DNA from: an uncultured Candidatus Binatia bacterium
Lineage (GTDB): Bacteria > Desulfobacterota > Binatia > UBA9968 > JAJDTQ01
NCBI GenBank assembly: GCA_965242525.1
Contig: OZ251459.1
Span: 2,400,001 to 2,464,000 of the forward strand
DNA: 64,000 nt
Direction of reading: 5' to 3'
Under the pieces are notes generated by a model. The model did not search any database. It had not been told where the DNA came from and saw nothing but the letters and a program-made list of their open reading frames with translations. The first letter of the stretch is position 1. Every line of letters begins with the position of its first letter. A program made the translations under genes and the position numbers. Shown here in pieces: positions 30,318-39,913 of the stretch.

Positions 30318-31615
30318 TGCTTACCTCTCCAAGGGTCATAGTCGTCGATGACGAGATCGACCATCTGCAAGGTTTGGTACGGTGTCTGAATCGCCATGGC
30401 GCGGCGTGTCTCGGAATACACTTTACAGGAGACCCTTCCGGTATCAAGCCGTGCCCGGACGTCCGAATCATCTTCGCCGATCTGCACCTTGCCGGTCCTG
30501 CATCCAATCCAGATGCGTATTTTGCTACAATCGGCGGACTCCTCGAGGAGACGATCCAGCCGTCCGGTCCTTACTTCATCGTGTTATGGACCGTATATCC
30601 AGATCAGGCGTCGGCGCTGTTGAAGTTCCTCGAGGGTCGGCTTCAGGGTGTAACGAAACCCTTTGACATTCTCCCACTGGGAAAAGGCAGATACCTCGAC
30701 GAGAAGGGTCTGGTCAGGGACGAAGAAGCACTGATGGCGGAAATCCAGGCTATCACCGAAAGGCTTCCTCAAGTCGCTGCCCTTTTCAATTGGGAGCGTC
30801 GTGTGCTCGAAGCGACAGGGAAGACTCTGGCGTCGGTGCTTGAACTGGTGTCAGCAGAAGAAGTGGACAGACGGGCATCGGAGGTCGGCAGGATTCTCGC
30901 GAGCCTTGCAAGCGCGGCAGTTGGCCAGCCTCACGTGGAAGAGGATCGCTTTGGGGCCGTCAACGATGCACTCTTGCCAGTTCTCGCCGACCGGATTGCC
31001 AGTCTGCGCAAAACCGACAGCGACAGGGATGTCTGGGAGAAGGCTTTCGATTCTGTCGTTGTTTCACAAAACCTTTCAGTCCAGGTGAAGGCAAGGCTCA
31101 ATCAGTTGATTCACATCGACGTTATGGAACTCGGCCTCGTGAAAGGATCCGATCTTGGGGCCATCGTTCCACTGCCGGAATCATTTCGGAAAGACTTCGA
31201 GGACATATTTGGAATCGGCGAGAAGGAAGCAGCTAAAACGCAGTTTCACTGTAAGGATTTCAATCCGCAGAGTGATCGTTTTCGCTGGATATTGGTGCAA
31301 TCGCAGGCGGCGTGTGACCACGCTCAGACGCAGCCAGGATCGTTACCATACTATCTTGGCCTCGACCTTCCTCATGCCTGTGTCCAGAAGAATCGGACGC
31401 CTCCTGAGCATTTGTGGAGAACTCCCATATTCAAATTCGGTGGTGGAATTCGTGTTCTGCATGTCAGTGCCCGTTTCCCGACGGGAATGTCTCACGTTCA
31501 GGCTCAGAGTACCACACCGATATACCGACTTCGTGAACAGATCTTCAACCATATGATCTACAGACTCCACAGTCATGGTGCTCGTCCGGGCATGATCTCC
31601 TTTCCCGGGCGGTGA
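30317..31615 (+). CDS. Response-regulator receiver domain protein with unknown C-terminal domain
   Basis: VIVVDDE, IIFADLHL, IVLWT; ACDHAQ and YRLRE...RPG conserved-looking motifs; TGATG coupling to the kinase. Confidence 0.75.
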   Translation: MLTSPRVIVVDDEIDHLQGLVRCLNRHGAACLGIHFTGDPSGIKPCPDVRIIFADLHLAGPASNPDAYFATIGGLLEETIQPSGPYFIVLWTVYPDQASALLKFLEGRLQGVTKPFDILPLGKGRYLDEKGLVRDEEALMAEIQAITERLPQVAALFNWERRVLEATGKTLASVLELVSAEEVDRRASEVGRILASLASAAVGQPHVEEDRFGAVNDALLPVLADRIASLRKTDSDRDVWEKAFDSVVVSQNLSVQVKARLNQLIHIDVMELGLVKGSDLGAIVPLPESFRKDFEDIFGIGEKEAAKTQFHCKDFNPQSDRFRWILVQSQAACDHAQTQPGSLPYYLGLDLPHACVQKNRTPPEHLWRTPIFKFGGGIRVLHVSARFPTGMSHVQAQSTTPIYRLREQIFNHMIYRLHSHGARPGMISFPGR

Positions 31616-31662
31616 GTATCCCGCCGGTTACAGCGATCTTGCAGAGTATCTGGAACACATGG

Positions 31663-32616
31663 TCAGACGCTCGATACCAGTGACCGGACTACCGTTTCCA
31701 TGACCGGCGGACATACGCCATTTCCGAGAAGCCGTATCTGGTCGCGGCGTGAACCTGCGGGCAACCTGAAGTCGTCGCTGAACCCCATGGCCCGCTTGAG
31801 TTCGGGCACCTGTAGCATCCGCATCCTCGGCGCGCCACCATCCCAGTGGACGAGTGCAAACCGGTCCACGGTGGTGATCGTGCGGAGGGGACGGTCGAGA
31901 GGCTGCCAGCCCCCGCTTCCGTCATTGCTGTAATAGACGAGCAGGAAACTGGCATATTCGCCAAGGGCGTCGAATCCCCGTTTCGCCCTTTCGAGGGTGG
32001 CGTTCGCACGCTTCGCCTTGAACAGAGGAGAGGTTCTCCACGTGCCGGCCGGATCGAGTATGGACGCTGCCGTCTTGCGGCGCCCAGAGTACCTGTTTAG
32101 TGTCGGGTTTGGGGGATGCTCGCGGTCGCACACCAGAAACAACCTTTTTCGCGTCTGGGGGACCCTGAAGTCGGCCGCGTCAAAGGTCCGCTCGTCGAGG
32201 TGGTAACCCAGTTCCCGGAGATTCCTTTTCAGTTCCTCGTACCGTGACCAGGGACGCATGTAGATGACGTTCTCGAGAACGAGCCAACGGGGTTGGAGAA
32301 AGCGGGCATACTCGACCACGAGCATTGCGGTGGCACGGCTGGACTCGTCTCTCGGCGCCGAACCTTTGGCGCAGGTGTGATTGCGACACTCTGGCGACGC
32401 GAGCAGGAGGTCGATCCGGCCCACCGCGGCCTTGAAGCGGTTGATAGACAGGTCTTCCAGCCGGCTGGTGACGACGTGGGCTTCCGGGAAGTTTGCTGCG
32501 AAGGTAGTGGTAGCGGTCGCGCACATGTCGATTCCAGCTACGATCTCGACACCTGCCGCTCTTGCCCCGGCACTGCTCCCTCCTGCCCCGCAGAAGATGT
32601 CACATCCCCGTATCAC
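31663..32616 (-). CDS. dcm: C5 cytosine DNA methyltransferase
   Basis: DIFCGAGG, SPEC, ENV, PQTRKRLF, LGNGV; GTG start overlaps the vsr stop. Confidence 0.92.
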   Translation of the reverse strand: MIRGCDIFCGAGGSSAGARAAGVEIVAGIDMCATATTTFAANFPEAHVVTSRLEDLSINRFKAAVGRIDLLLASPECRNHTCAKGSAPRDESSRATAMLVVEYARFLQPRWLVLENVIYMRPWSRYEELKRNLRELGYHLDERTFDAADFRVPQTRKRLFLVCDREHPPNPTLNRYSGRRKTAASILDPAGTWRTSPLFKAKRANATLERAKRGFDALGEYASFLLVYYSNDGSGGWQPLDRPLRTITTVDRFALVHWDGGAPRMRMLQVPELKRAMGFSDDFRLPAGSRRDQIRLLGNGVCPPVMETVVRSLVSSV

Positions 32617-33050
32617 CTGACAGACTCGCTTGCGTCGCCCCTCTCCGAACCCAGGTAGTTCAGGAGGCGTTCCTGCATCGCCGCTTCGTTGCGGGTCTCG
32701 CACTCCCAGAGGACGAGGACCTGCCATCCGAGTCGTTTCAAGGCGTCTTCGTTTCGGTGATCTCGGTCAACGTTCTGGCTGAACTTGTCGGTCCAGAACT
32801 GCACTCTGGTTTTTGGTGTGTAGGCGTATGGGCAGCCACTGTGCCTGTGCCAGAAGCAGCCATGCACGAGGACAACGGCCCGGTGCCTTGGAAACACCAG
32901 ATCAGGATGGCCCGGCAGGTCCTTGCGATACAGGCGGAAGCGGAATCCCAGGCGGTGCGCCATGCGGCGGACGACGAGTTCCGGGGTCGTGTCCCGCCAT
33001 TTGATCCTGGACATCATCTCGCTTCGTCTCTTGCCATCCACGATGTCCAT
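32613..33050 (-). CDS. vsr: Very short patch repair endonuclease
   Basis: MDIVD..RRSEMMSRI..RDTTPE, LPGHPDLVF, VHGCFWHRH, FWTDKF..NV.RD, GWQVLVLWECE. Confidence 0.93.
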   Translation of the reverse strand: MDIVDGKRRSEMMSRIKWRDTTPELVVRRMAHRLGFRFRLYRKDLPGHPDLVFPRHRAVVLVHGCFWHRHSGCPYAYTPKTRVQFWTDKFSQNVDRDHRNEDALKRLGWQVLVLWECETRNEAAMQERLLNYLGSERGDASESVR

Positions 33051-33355
33051 TTTGAAACTGTCTGTTGTCCGAGGACGGTCGCCACGACCGTCCTCGGATG
33101 GTCCCAACCGAGGTTTGAAGGTAAAAACCAGCGTACCATACCACAGGTTGGCCGTTATTGTGCAGCGGATTCGAGATAACGTCGGTTTCGGTTGGCTCGG
33201 AGACGGCATCGGCGTCTTGTCCATCATCGTAACCTGAATCATGGTCCTCCCGTCGCCGCGGCGCATGCGCGTGGACGCTGGACCGTCCGGGGTCGATCTG
33301 CTAGACGTACACTCTTTGTATGGCCGCCTCGGCCCCTTGAACACGTCGATTCCCA

Positions 33356-34237
33356 ATGGCGCAAGACCGCGTGACCCTGGGGCTGATCCAGTCCGGAGCG
33401 GCCCCGGATCCGGACCGCAACCTCGCCGCGACCGCGCGGCGCATACGTCGTGCCGCGGAGGGCGGCGCCGAGGTCGTCTGCGTCCAGGAGTTGTTCCGCT
33501 CGCGGTACTTTCCCCGGACCGAGGACACTGCCTCGTTCGGCCTGGCGGAGACCATCCCCGGTCCCACCACCGAGCGGTTCCGCCCCCTGGCCCGGGACCT
33601 GGAGGTGGTCATCGTGGCCTCCGTGTTCGAGGCCCGCGCCCCCGGCGTCTATCACAACACCGCGGTGGTCATCGACGCGGACGGACGGGTCCTGGGCAAG
33701 TACCGCAAGATGCACATCCCCGACGACCCGGGCTTCCACGAGAAGTTCTACTTCACCCCCGGGGACCTGGGTTTCCCCGTGTTCCGCACCCGCCATGCCC
33801 GTGTGGGCGTGTTGATCTGCTGGGACCAGTGGTTTCCGGAAGCGGCGCGCCTGGCGGCCCTCGGAGGCGCCGAGATCCTCTTCTTCCCCACCGCCATCGG
33901 CTGGCGCGCGGACGAGGGCGCGGCGGCGCGCCGGGCCCAGCTCGACGCATGGGAGCTGGTGCAGCGTTCCCACGCGGTGACCAACGGCGTGTACGTGGCC
34001 GCGGTCAACCGCGTGGGCCGGGAGGGGGACCTCACCTTCTGGGGAAGCTCCTTTGCCGCGGACCCCTCCGGCCGGGTGCTGGCCCGGGCCGCCCGGCGCA
34101 AGGCCGAGACCCTGCTGGTGGAATGTGACCGGGCCGCGGTGGCGGAAGCCCGCCACGACTGGCCGTTCCTGAGGGACCGCCGGGTGGATGCCTATGGCGG
34201 CCTCACCCGCCGGCTGCTGGACGGCGAGCCCGGCTGA
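33356..34237 (+). CDS. aguB: Carbon-nitrogen hydrolase, N-carbamoylputrescine amidase-like
   Basis: QELF, YRKMHIPDDPGFHEKFYF, ICWDQWFPE, PTAIGW; adjacent to agmatine deiminase. Confidence 0.88.
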   Translation: MAQDRVTLGLIQSGAAPDPDRNLAATARRIRRAAEGGAEVVCVQELFRSRYFPRTEDTASFGLAETIPGPTTERFRPLARDLEVVIVASVFEARAPGVYHNTAVVIDADGRVLGKYRKMHIPDDPGFHEKFYFTPGDLGFPVFRTRHARVGVLICWDQWFPEAARLAALGGAEILFFPTAIGWRADEGAAARRAQLDAWELVQRSHAVTNGVYVAAVNRVGREGDLTFWGSSFAADPSGRVLARAARRKAETLLVECDRAAVAEARHDWPFLRDRRVDAYGGLTRRLLDGEPG

Positions 34238-34254
34238 GCCGGACCGGTGGGGCA

Positions 34255-35373
34255 GTGGCGGAACAGGCCGTGAGCGAGGGCAGGGGAAGCGCCCGGGGCG
34301 CCCGGGGCGAGGACCGTCCGGCGCCGCCGCTCGCAGACCCGCAAGGCGCGGGTTACCGGATGCCCGCGGAATGGGAGCCGCACGCTGCGACCTGGTTGGC
34401 GTGGCCCCACAACGCGGACACCTGGCCGGACCAACTCCACCCAGTGCGCCGGACCTGGGTCGAGATCATCCGGGTGCTGGCCGCGGGCGAGGCGGTGAAC
34501 CTGCTGGTCAACGACGCCGGCTCCGAGGCCGCGGCGTCGGCTTTGCTCCGGGGCGCCGGCGTGGACCTGCGCCAAGTGGCCTTCCATCGCATCCCCACGG
34601 TGGACGTATGGATCCGGGACTACGGCCCCACCTTCGTCACCCGCGGCCCCGGGTCCGGGGCGTTGGCCCTGGTCAACTGGCGGTTCAATGCCTGGGGGCT
34701 CAAGTACCCCGATTACGTGGCCGACGACGGGGTTCCGTCGCGTATCAACGAGTCCCTCGGACTGCCCGCGTCCACTCCCGGGATCGTGCTGGAGGGGGGC
34801 TCCATCGACGTCAACGGGGCCGGGCTTTGCCTCGCCACCGAGGAGTGCCTGCTCAACCCCAACCGCAACCCCGGGTTGACCCGGGATGAGGTCGAGGCGC
34901 GGTTGCGGTCCGCGCTGGGGCTGCGGAGCGTGGTGTGGCTGCCCGCGGGCCTGCGCGGCGACGACACCGACGGCCACGTGGACAACCTCGCCCGTTTCGT
35001 CAGCGAGACCACCGTGGTGTGCGTGGTGGAGGAAGACCCGCGGGACGAGAACCACTTGGCGCTCCGGGAGAACTACCGGCGCTTGGCCGCGGCCGCCGAT
35101 GTCCGGGGCCGTAGGCTCGAAGTAGTCCCGCTGCCGCAACCCGACCCGGTGGCGGCGGCGGACGGTTCGCGGCTTCCCGCAAGCTACGCCAACTTCTACG
35201 TGGCCAACGGAGCGGTGCTCGTGCCGCTGTACAGCGGTCCCAGGGACCGGGCCGCCCTCGACACGCTGGCGGCGCTCTTCCCGGGGCGCCGGGTGGCGGG
35301 CATCGACTCGCGCGCGCTGGTCCTCGGCCTCGGGGGGGTCCACTGCGTGACCCAGCAGCAGCCGGCGGTTTGA
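34255..35373 (+). CDS. aguA: Agmatine deiminase
   Basis: MPAEWEPH, WIRDYGP, LEGGSID, DDTDGHVD, ASYANFY, GGVHCVTQQ; start uncertain. Confidence 0.92.
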   Translation: MAEQAVSEGRGSARGARGEDRPAPPLADPQGAGYRMPAEWEPHAATWLAWPHNADTWPDQLHPVRRTWVEIIRVLAAGEAVNLLVNDAGSEAAASALLRGAGVDLRQVAFHRIPTVDVWIRDYGPTFVTRGPGSGALALVNWRFNAWGLKYPDYVADDGVPSRINESLGLPASTPGIVLEGGSIDVNGAGLCLATEECLLNPNRNPGLTRDEVEARLRSALGLRSVVWLPAGLRGDDTDGHVDNLARFVSETTVVCVVEEDPRDENHLALRENYRRLAAAADVRGRRLEVVPLPQPDPVAAADGSRLPASYANFYVANGAVLVPLYSGPRDRAALDTLAALFPGRRVAGIDSRALVLGLGGVHCVTQQQPAV

Positions 35374-35454
35374 CGGGCGGGGGTCTCCCCCGGCGGCTTG
35401 ACACGCCGTGCGGGTGTTTCTAGGGTTGTGTCTGGCGGGCCTGCGGGCGCGGTT

Positions 35455-35703
35455 TCACCAGATCATGCGCGCCACCCGGTAGTGGGCTTGCACGAACTCC
35501 TTGGCCTGGGCTTCGGCGGCCTCGGCCGACTCGCCGCTGAAACGAAGCGGCCTGCCCGACCGGGCGAGGACGAGGCAGGCGTCCTCCAGCGCAACGCCTC
35601 CGGTGAGGACCAGGTACGCCGACCACGCGCCGCGGTCTTCGGACGAGCGGATCTCGACCCGGACGACGCCGTCGATGGAAGGAACGTGGATGTCGAACTT
35701 CAT
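35455..35703 (-). CDS. Hypothetical protein (82 aa)
   Basis: GAGG RBS and protein-like composition. Confidence 0.55.
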   Translation of the reverse strand: MKFDIHVPSIDGVVRVEIRSSEDRGAWSAYLVLTGGVALEDACLVLARSGRPLRFSGESAEAAEAQAKEFVQAHYRVARMIW

Positions 35704-35820
35704 GCGGCCTCAGTCTGGCGTCCGGCGGCCGGCAAGTCAAGGCGCAGGAAGTCTCGCGCGCCCGGGCGAGACCCGGGCGCGGCGGAGCGACGACGACGGC
35801 CGGGAGGAGCGGACGTCGAA

Positions 35821-35982
35821 GGAACCCTGAACGACGCCACCCGTCCCTGAACGACGCCACGCCGGAACGGGGGGTCAGTTATGGCCGTCACCGGATCCCC
35901 GTCCCTGAACGCCGCCGCCCGTTCGTCCTGAGCGTAGCGTAGCGGAGTCGAAGGACGGGATCTTCGATTGCTCAGAGGTTCC
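35821..35982 (+). mobile_element. Divergent MITE copy
   Basis: GGAACCCTGAAC...REP-like core...CGATTGCTCAGAGGTTCC; imperfect TCGA flanks. Confidence 0.65.
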
Positions 35983-36015
35983 TCGAGCCGGAATGGACCA
36001 TGAAAGGCGGGCGCC

Positions 36016-36405
36016 GTGCCGACGCAACCCAGCAAGGAAATCGAGACCATCCCCAACCCGCGGCGGGATCGGGACTACGAAGTGGCCATGGAGTGCCCGG
36101 AGTTCACCTGCGTCTGCCCCCGGACCGGACAACCGGACTTCGCCACCATCCGCGTCCGCTACGTCCCCGGACCCGCGTGCATCGAGCTCCTGTCTCTGAA
36201 GCTCTACCTCTGGTCGTTCCGTGAGGAAGGGGTTTTCCACGAGGACGTGGTCAACCGCATACTCGACGACCTGGTGGCGGCCTGCTCGCCGAAATCCATG
36301 AGCGTGGTCGGGGAATTCCACGTGCGAGGCGGCATCCGTACGGTGGTGAGCGCGGAGTACCGGGCGGCCGATGGCGGCGACGCGGGAACGGCCGAGGGGG
36401 GTTGA
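36016..36405 (+). CDS. queF: PreQ1 synthase (7-cyano-7-deazaguanine reductase)
   Basis: [33 protein letters not shown]. Confidence 0.92.
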   Translation: MPTQPSKEIETIPNPRRDRDYEVAMECPEFTCVCPRTGQPDFATIRVRYVPGPACIELLSLKLYLWSFREEGVFHEDVVNRILDDLVAACSPKSMSVVGEFHVRGGIRTVVSAEYRAADGGDAGTAEGG

Positions 36406-36408
36406 GCC

Positions 36409-37788
36409 ATGGCGGACGTGACCGAGAACTTTCGCAAGCTCCCGCCCCAGAACCTGGAGGCGGAGGCGTCGATCCTCGGCGGCGTGCTGCTGGACAACGA
36501 GTCCATGAACATCGTGGTGGAGCTGGTGAAGTTCGACGACCTGTACCGGGACTCGCACCGCAAGATCTACCGGGCCATGGTGGACCTCTGGGAACGCAGC
36601 GAGCCGGTGGACCTCATCACCCTGAGCGACCACATGAAGGCCAAGGGCGAGCTGGAGTCCGTCGGCGGCTCCGCCTACCTGGCCGAACTCGCGACCCAGA
36701 TCCCCACCGCGGCCAACATCGCCCACTACGCGCGCATCGTGCGGGACAAGGCCATACTGCGCCACCTGATCCGGGCCTCCACCGACATCGCCACACGGGG
36801 GCTGGAGGAAAGGGGCGACGTCGATACCTTCCTGGACGACGCGGAACGCGCCATCTTCGACATCTCGGAAAAACGCATCGGGGCCTCCTTCGTGAAGGTC
36901 GGCGACGTCATGATGGACGCCATCAAGAAGGTCGAGACGCTCTACAACCGCAAGGAGATGGTGACCGGAGTGGCCACCGGCTACCGGGACCTGGACCTGT
37001 TGACCGCGGGGTTCCAGCCGTCGGACCTGTTGATCGTCGCGGGGCGGCCGGCCATGGGGAAGACCGCGTTCGCCCTCAACGTCGCGGCCAACGCCTCGCT
37101 GCACCAGGGCGTGGGCGTGGCGGTCTTCTCACTGGAGATGGCCACGGAGCAACTGGTGCTGAGGCTGCTTTGCTCGGAGGCGAGGGTGGATCATGCCCGG
37201 CTCCGCACCGGCCACCTGAAGGAAAGCGAGTTCCCGGAGCTGGTGACGGCCGCGGGGAGGCTCAGGGACGCGCCGGTCTATATCGACGACACGCCCGCGT
37301 TGTCGGTGCTGGAGGTCCGGGCCAAGACCCGGCGGCTGTTGCGGGACAAGTCCAGCAAGCTGGGCCTGGTGGTCATCGACTACCTCCAGCTCATGCGCGG
37401 CCACGGCGATTCGCCCAACCGCGAGCAGGAGATCTCGGAGATCTCGCGCTCCCTCAAGGCCCTCGCCAAGGAGCTGAGCGTTCCGGTGGTGGCCATCTCC
37501 CAGCTCAACCGGCGGGTGGAGGAGCGGAGCGACAAGCGCCCGGTCATGGCCGACCTGCGGGAGTCCGGCGCCATCGAGCAGGACGCCGACGTGATCATGT
37601 TCGTGTACCGGGACGATGCCTACGACCCGAAGAAGAACCCGGGCCTGGCCGAGGTCATCGTGGCCAAGCAGCGCAACGGCCCGGTGGACACGGTGCAACT
37701 CGCCTTCCTCAAGGAATACACCCGCTTCGAGGACTATTCGGGACGCGACGACGAGGGTTACTCGGACGCCGAAGCCGAGGAGTATTAG
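36409..37788 (+). CDS. dnaB: Replicative DNA helicase
   Basis: PPQNLEAE, AGRPAMGKT, FSLEM, IDYLQLM, SQLNR, DLRESGAIEQDAD, KQRNGP. Confidence 0.97.
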   Translation: MADVTENFRKLPPQNLEAEASILGGVLLDNESMNIVVELVKFDDLYRDSHRKIYRAMVDLWERSEPVDLITLSDHMKAKGELESVGGSAYLAELATQIPTAANIAHYARIVRDKAILRHLIRASTDIATRGLEERGDVDTFLDDAERAIFDISEKRIGASFVKVGDVMMDAIKKVETLYNRKEMVTGVATGYRDLDLLTAGFQPSDLLIVAGRPAMGKTAFALNVAANASLHQGVGVAVFSLEMATEQLVLRLLCSEARVDHARLRTGHLKESEFPELVTAAGRLRDAPVYIDDTPALSVLEVRAKTRRLLRDKSSKLGLVVIDYLQLMRGHGDSPNREQEISEISRSLKALAKELSVPVVAISQLNRRVEERSDKRPVMADLRESGAIEQDADVIMFVYRDDAYDPKKNPGLAEVIVAKQRNGPVDTVQLAFLKEYTRFEDYSGRDDEGYSDAEAEEY

Positions 37789-37790
37789 GA

Positions 37791-37819
37791 GGGTTTCCCC
37801 GCACGCGCGGGGATAGACT
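37791..37819 (+). CRISPR. Solitary type I-E-like CRISPR repeat R1
   Basis: GGGTTTCCCCGCACGCGCGGGGATAGACT, 29 nt, CCCCGC/GCGGGG stem; no regular spacers and no cas genes in the window. Confidence 0.65.
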
Positions 37820-38064
37820 CGAACCCGTCCGCACGCCGATAGCAATACGGGTTTATGGCGACGACGGGATATGTTTACTTGGGCGCGCCAATGGAGATCC
37901 TGCGGGAGAGTGGCCGGACTGGGCAGACGGGCGCGCCAAACGACGGCTACCCAGCCGGTATCCGGGGGAGCGTGCAACCAGCTATGTAGCCACGACTGGG
38001 CGGTTTTCAAGGCTTCGGAACTTGCCGGAATGCGGCCGGCCGTCTTCGGAGTAAGGGAAGGGAA

Positions 38065-38262
38065 ATGGCAAAGGGGAAACTGGTTTGGCATCGACACAAG
38101 CGGACCGAAGGCACGGCCGTTGTTTGCGGCGCCAGTGTCAAGCGCGCTCGGGCTCGGGTGGAAGCCTGGTCCGATGTTTCCTGCATGGTTTGCATACGCA
38201 AAGGGCATGAAAGCGGGGAATACCCTTATGGGCAAGCGCCCGAAGAGGACAACCGGCAATAA
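38065..38262 (+). CDS. Small phage-like protein with possible metal-binding H/C...CxxC residues
   Basis: Purine-rich RBS; 65 aa with WHRH...VCG...SCMVC. Confidence 0.45.
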   Translation: MAKGKLVWHRHKRTEGTAVVCGASVKRARARVEAWSDVSCMVCIRKGHESGEYPYGQAPEEDNRQ

Positions 38263-38337
38263 TGTATGTACTCCCTTACGATCACTTTGGTTCGATGGCA
38301 ACTATAATCGGAACCTTAACAGGTTCCGGCAGGCCGT

Positions 38338-38406
38338 GGCGCCGGAAGCATTCACGCTACTCTCATGCCTGCGGGCGAGCGCGGGGGTCGTGGCCCGCCC
38401 GGCGCC
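38338..38406 (+). ncRNA. Putative structured small RNA, copy 1 (69 nt)
   Basis: Terminal stem GGCGCCGG/CCGGCGCC; internal GCAT/ATGC and GCGGG/CCCGC hairpins; homologous to copies 2 and 3. Confidence 0.55.
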
Positions 38407-38408
38407 AC

Positions 38409-38750
38409 TCACCACTTTCCCTCTTGTCTATCGGACCTTCTTGAACCTTCGGCGGGCGACCCTGATGTCGCAATCTCGCCCGCGAAGTCGTCCACCAACT
38501 GAAAGGCGGCCTGCGCTCCTTGGACCGATCCGGCGACGGTCTCCAAGAACGCCTCCAGCGTCTGCGTGTCGACGCCGAGGACACGACTGACGAGGTTACG
38601 GACGCCGTTGCTGAGCGAAGAAGCCAGACTGGTCAATCCGACAGCCGCCGGCAGCGGGGACACCGACTTCGAGGCTCTGAGGACCTTCTTCAGCGATCCG
38701 GAGAAGTGATCGACGAAACGCAGGATCGCGCGCAGATTCAGGTCAGCCAT
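38409..38750 (-). pseudogene. Phage tape-measure protein 5' fragment 1
   Basis: MADLNLRAILRFVDHFSG... and LEAFLETVAGSVQGAQAAFQLVDDFA resemble a TMP N-terminus and tape-measure domain; truncated. Confidence 0.55.
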
Positions 38751-38786
38751 GGTTGACTTTCAGGGTGGGAGGCATATATTCACAGT

Positions 38787-38960
38787 ATGGATTTCATCAT
38801 CGGCATCGTGCTCATCTGGATCGCCGTGAAGCTCTGGAGGATCGCCAAGAAACTGGAGCGGGTGGTGGAGGTGATGACAAGCATCGATCCCGACGACCTC
38901 GATGCGACGTTTAGGGCGCTAGACGAAATCGACCCACCTGCGAAGTCCGCTCCGCATTGA
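38787..38960 (+). CDS. Small single-TM membrane protein (57 aa; moron 1), not in the ORF track
   Basis: MDFIIGIVLIWIAVKLWRIAKKLERVV...; TTGACT(38753)-N16-TATATT(38775), then 6 nt to ATG. Confidence 0.65.
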   Translation: MDFIIGIVLIWIAVKLWRIAKKLERVVEVMTSIDPDDLDATFRALDEIDPPAKSAPH

Positions 38961-39186
38961 GCGCCTCACTCGCCCCGTCCTCCATCCACATCAACCCGTC
39001 CAGGGTCTCCGGCGCCAGAGGCAGCAGCCCCGACAGGTCCAACAGCGCCCGCCCCCTGGGTTCAGTCGAGGCCCACGCCACCGGCCCGAAGCCGGCTCCA
39101 ATCAAGCCTCTCTCGGCCGACTTCACCGACTCTTGCGTCTGGTCCCGGCCACGGATGCTGATGAGCGCGGCGAGATTCGTGGCCAT
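38911..39186 (-). pseudogene. Chimera: tape-measure 5' fragment 2 joined to the 3' end of a DUF1799-like tail chaperone
   Basis: MATNLAALISIRGRDQTQESVKSAERGL followed by RALLDLSGLLPLAPETLDGLMWMEDGASEALN. Confidence 0.5.
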
Positions 39187-39220
39187 TGACTTGATTCCTC
39201 TGGTGCTCTATACGGGAGCC

Positions 39221-39439
39221 ATGAGAGTCAGGATCGACCTTGATTTGGGCGGGGTCCTTAGCTGCATCGGCGCCATGCTTTACGTCTTGGTGACCGGGAT
39301 CGTGCTGTTCAGCGCCGTGCTCCTCATGGCGGACGGCGTCCGCTTCTCGCTTCCCACCATCCTGATGCTGAGCCTGCTGGGCACGCTCGTCGTGCCGGCT
39401 GTGCGCTACATCGTCCGGTTCAATCGCTACGGCAGTTGA
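39221..39439 (+). CDS. Small two-TM membrane protein (72 aa; moron 2)
   Basis: Two hydrophobic segments; TTGACT(39186)-N17-TATACG(39209), then 6 nt to ATG. Confidence 0.65.
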   Translation: MRVRIDLDLGGVLSCIGAMLYVLVTGIVLFSAVLLMADGVRFSLPTILMLSLLGTLVVPAVRYIVRFNRYGS

Positions 39440-39573
39440 GCGCCGCGGCCGCGCCTTCCGCCATCCACATCAACCCGTCCAGCGTGTCCCGTTCCAGTGG
39501 CAGCAGGCCCGCCATGTCGAGGGTCGCTCGCACTCCGGGCCAGTCCAGACGCCAGATCACGTAGCCCGTCTGC
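39420..39573 (-). pseudogene. 3' end of a DUF1799-like tail chaperone, copy 2
   Basis: GYVIWRLDWPGVRATLDMAGLLPLERDTLDGLMWMAEGAAAALN*, homologous to 38960-39060 at DNA and protein level. Confidence 0.5.
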
Positions 39574-39578
39574 CCGAG

Positions 39579-39607
39579 AGGTTCCCCCGCACGTGCAGGG
39601 ATAGACT
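39579..39607 (+). CRISPR. Solitary type I-E-like CRISPR repeat R2
   Basis: AGGTTCCCCCGCACGTGCAGGGATAGACT, 29 nt. Confidence 0.65.
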
Positions 39608-39629
39608 CGGCGCGGACCGGAGGTCCGTT

Positions 39630-39877
39630 CCGGTCCCGCGGGTGAGGTCGAATACGGCCTCGGCCGCCTCCTGGGTCGGCGTGGCCTGCAACGCGGTGTC
39701 CGCAATGCGACCGATCCGCCGGATGATGCCTATGCCGCCCAGGACGGTCAGGGCGTCGGCGCAGTACTTGCCGATGTTGCCGGCCAGGCGGCGGAAGCGC
39801 TTGTCGGCCGAATCCGTCCCCGCCTTGGTCCTGTCCAAGGCTTCGAGGACCGCCCCGAATCTTATGGGATCAGCCAC
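39630..39877 (-). pseudogene. Phage tape-measure protein 5' fragment 3
   Basis: GTG start MADPIRFGAVLEALDRTKAGTDSADKRFRRLAGNIGK...; same geometry as fragments 1 and 2. Confidence 0.5.
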
Positions 39878-39913
39878 TTGACACCAGTTCCTTCGATGGC
39901 TATTGGGATAGGC

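Noticed and set aside
21063-33050. DISARM or BREX call; integrase, att or tRNA boundaries for the island
   Set aside because: No DUF1998/DrmA or PglZ/BrxC genes recognised; no tRNA, integrase or flanking direct repeat seen by eye.
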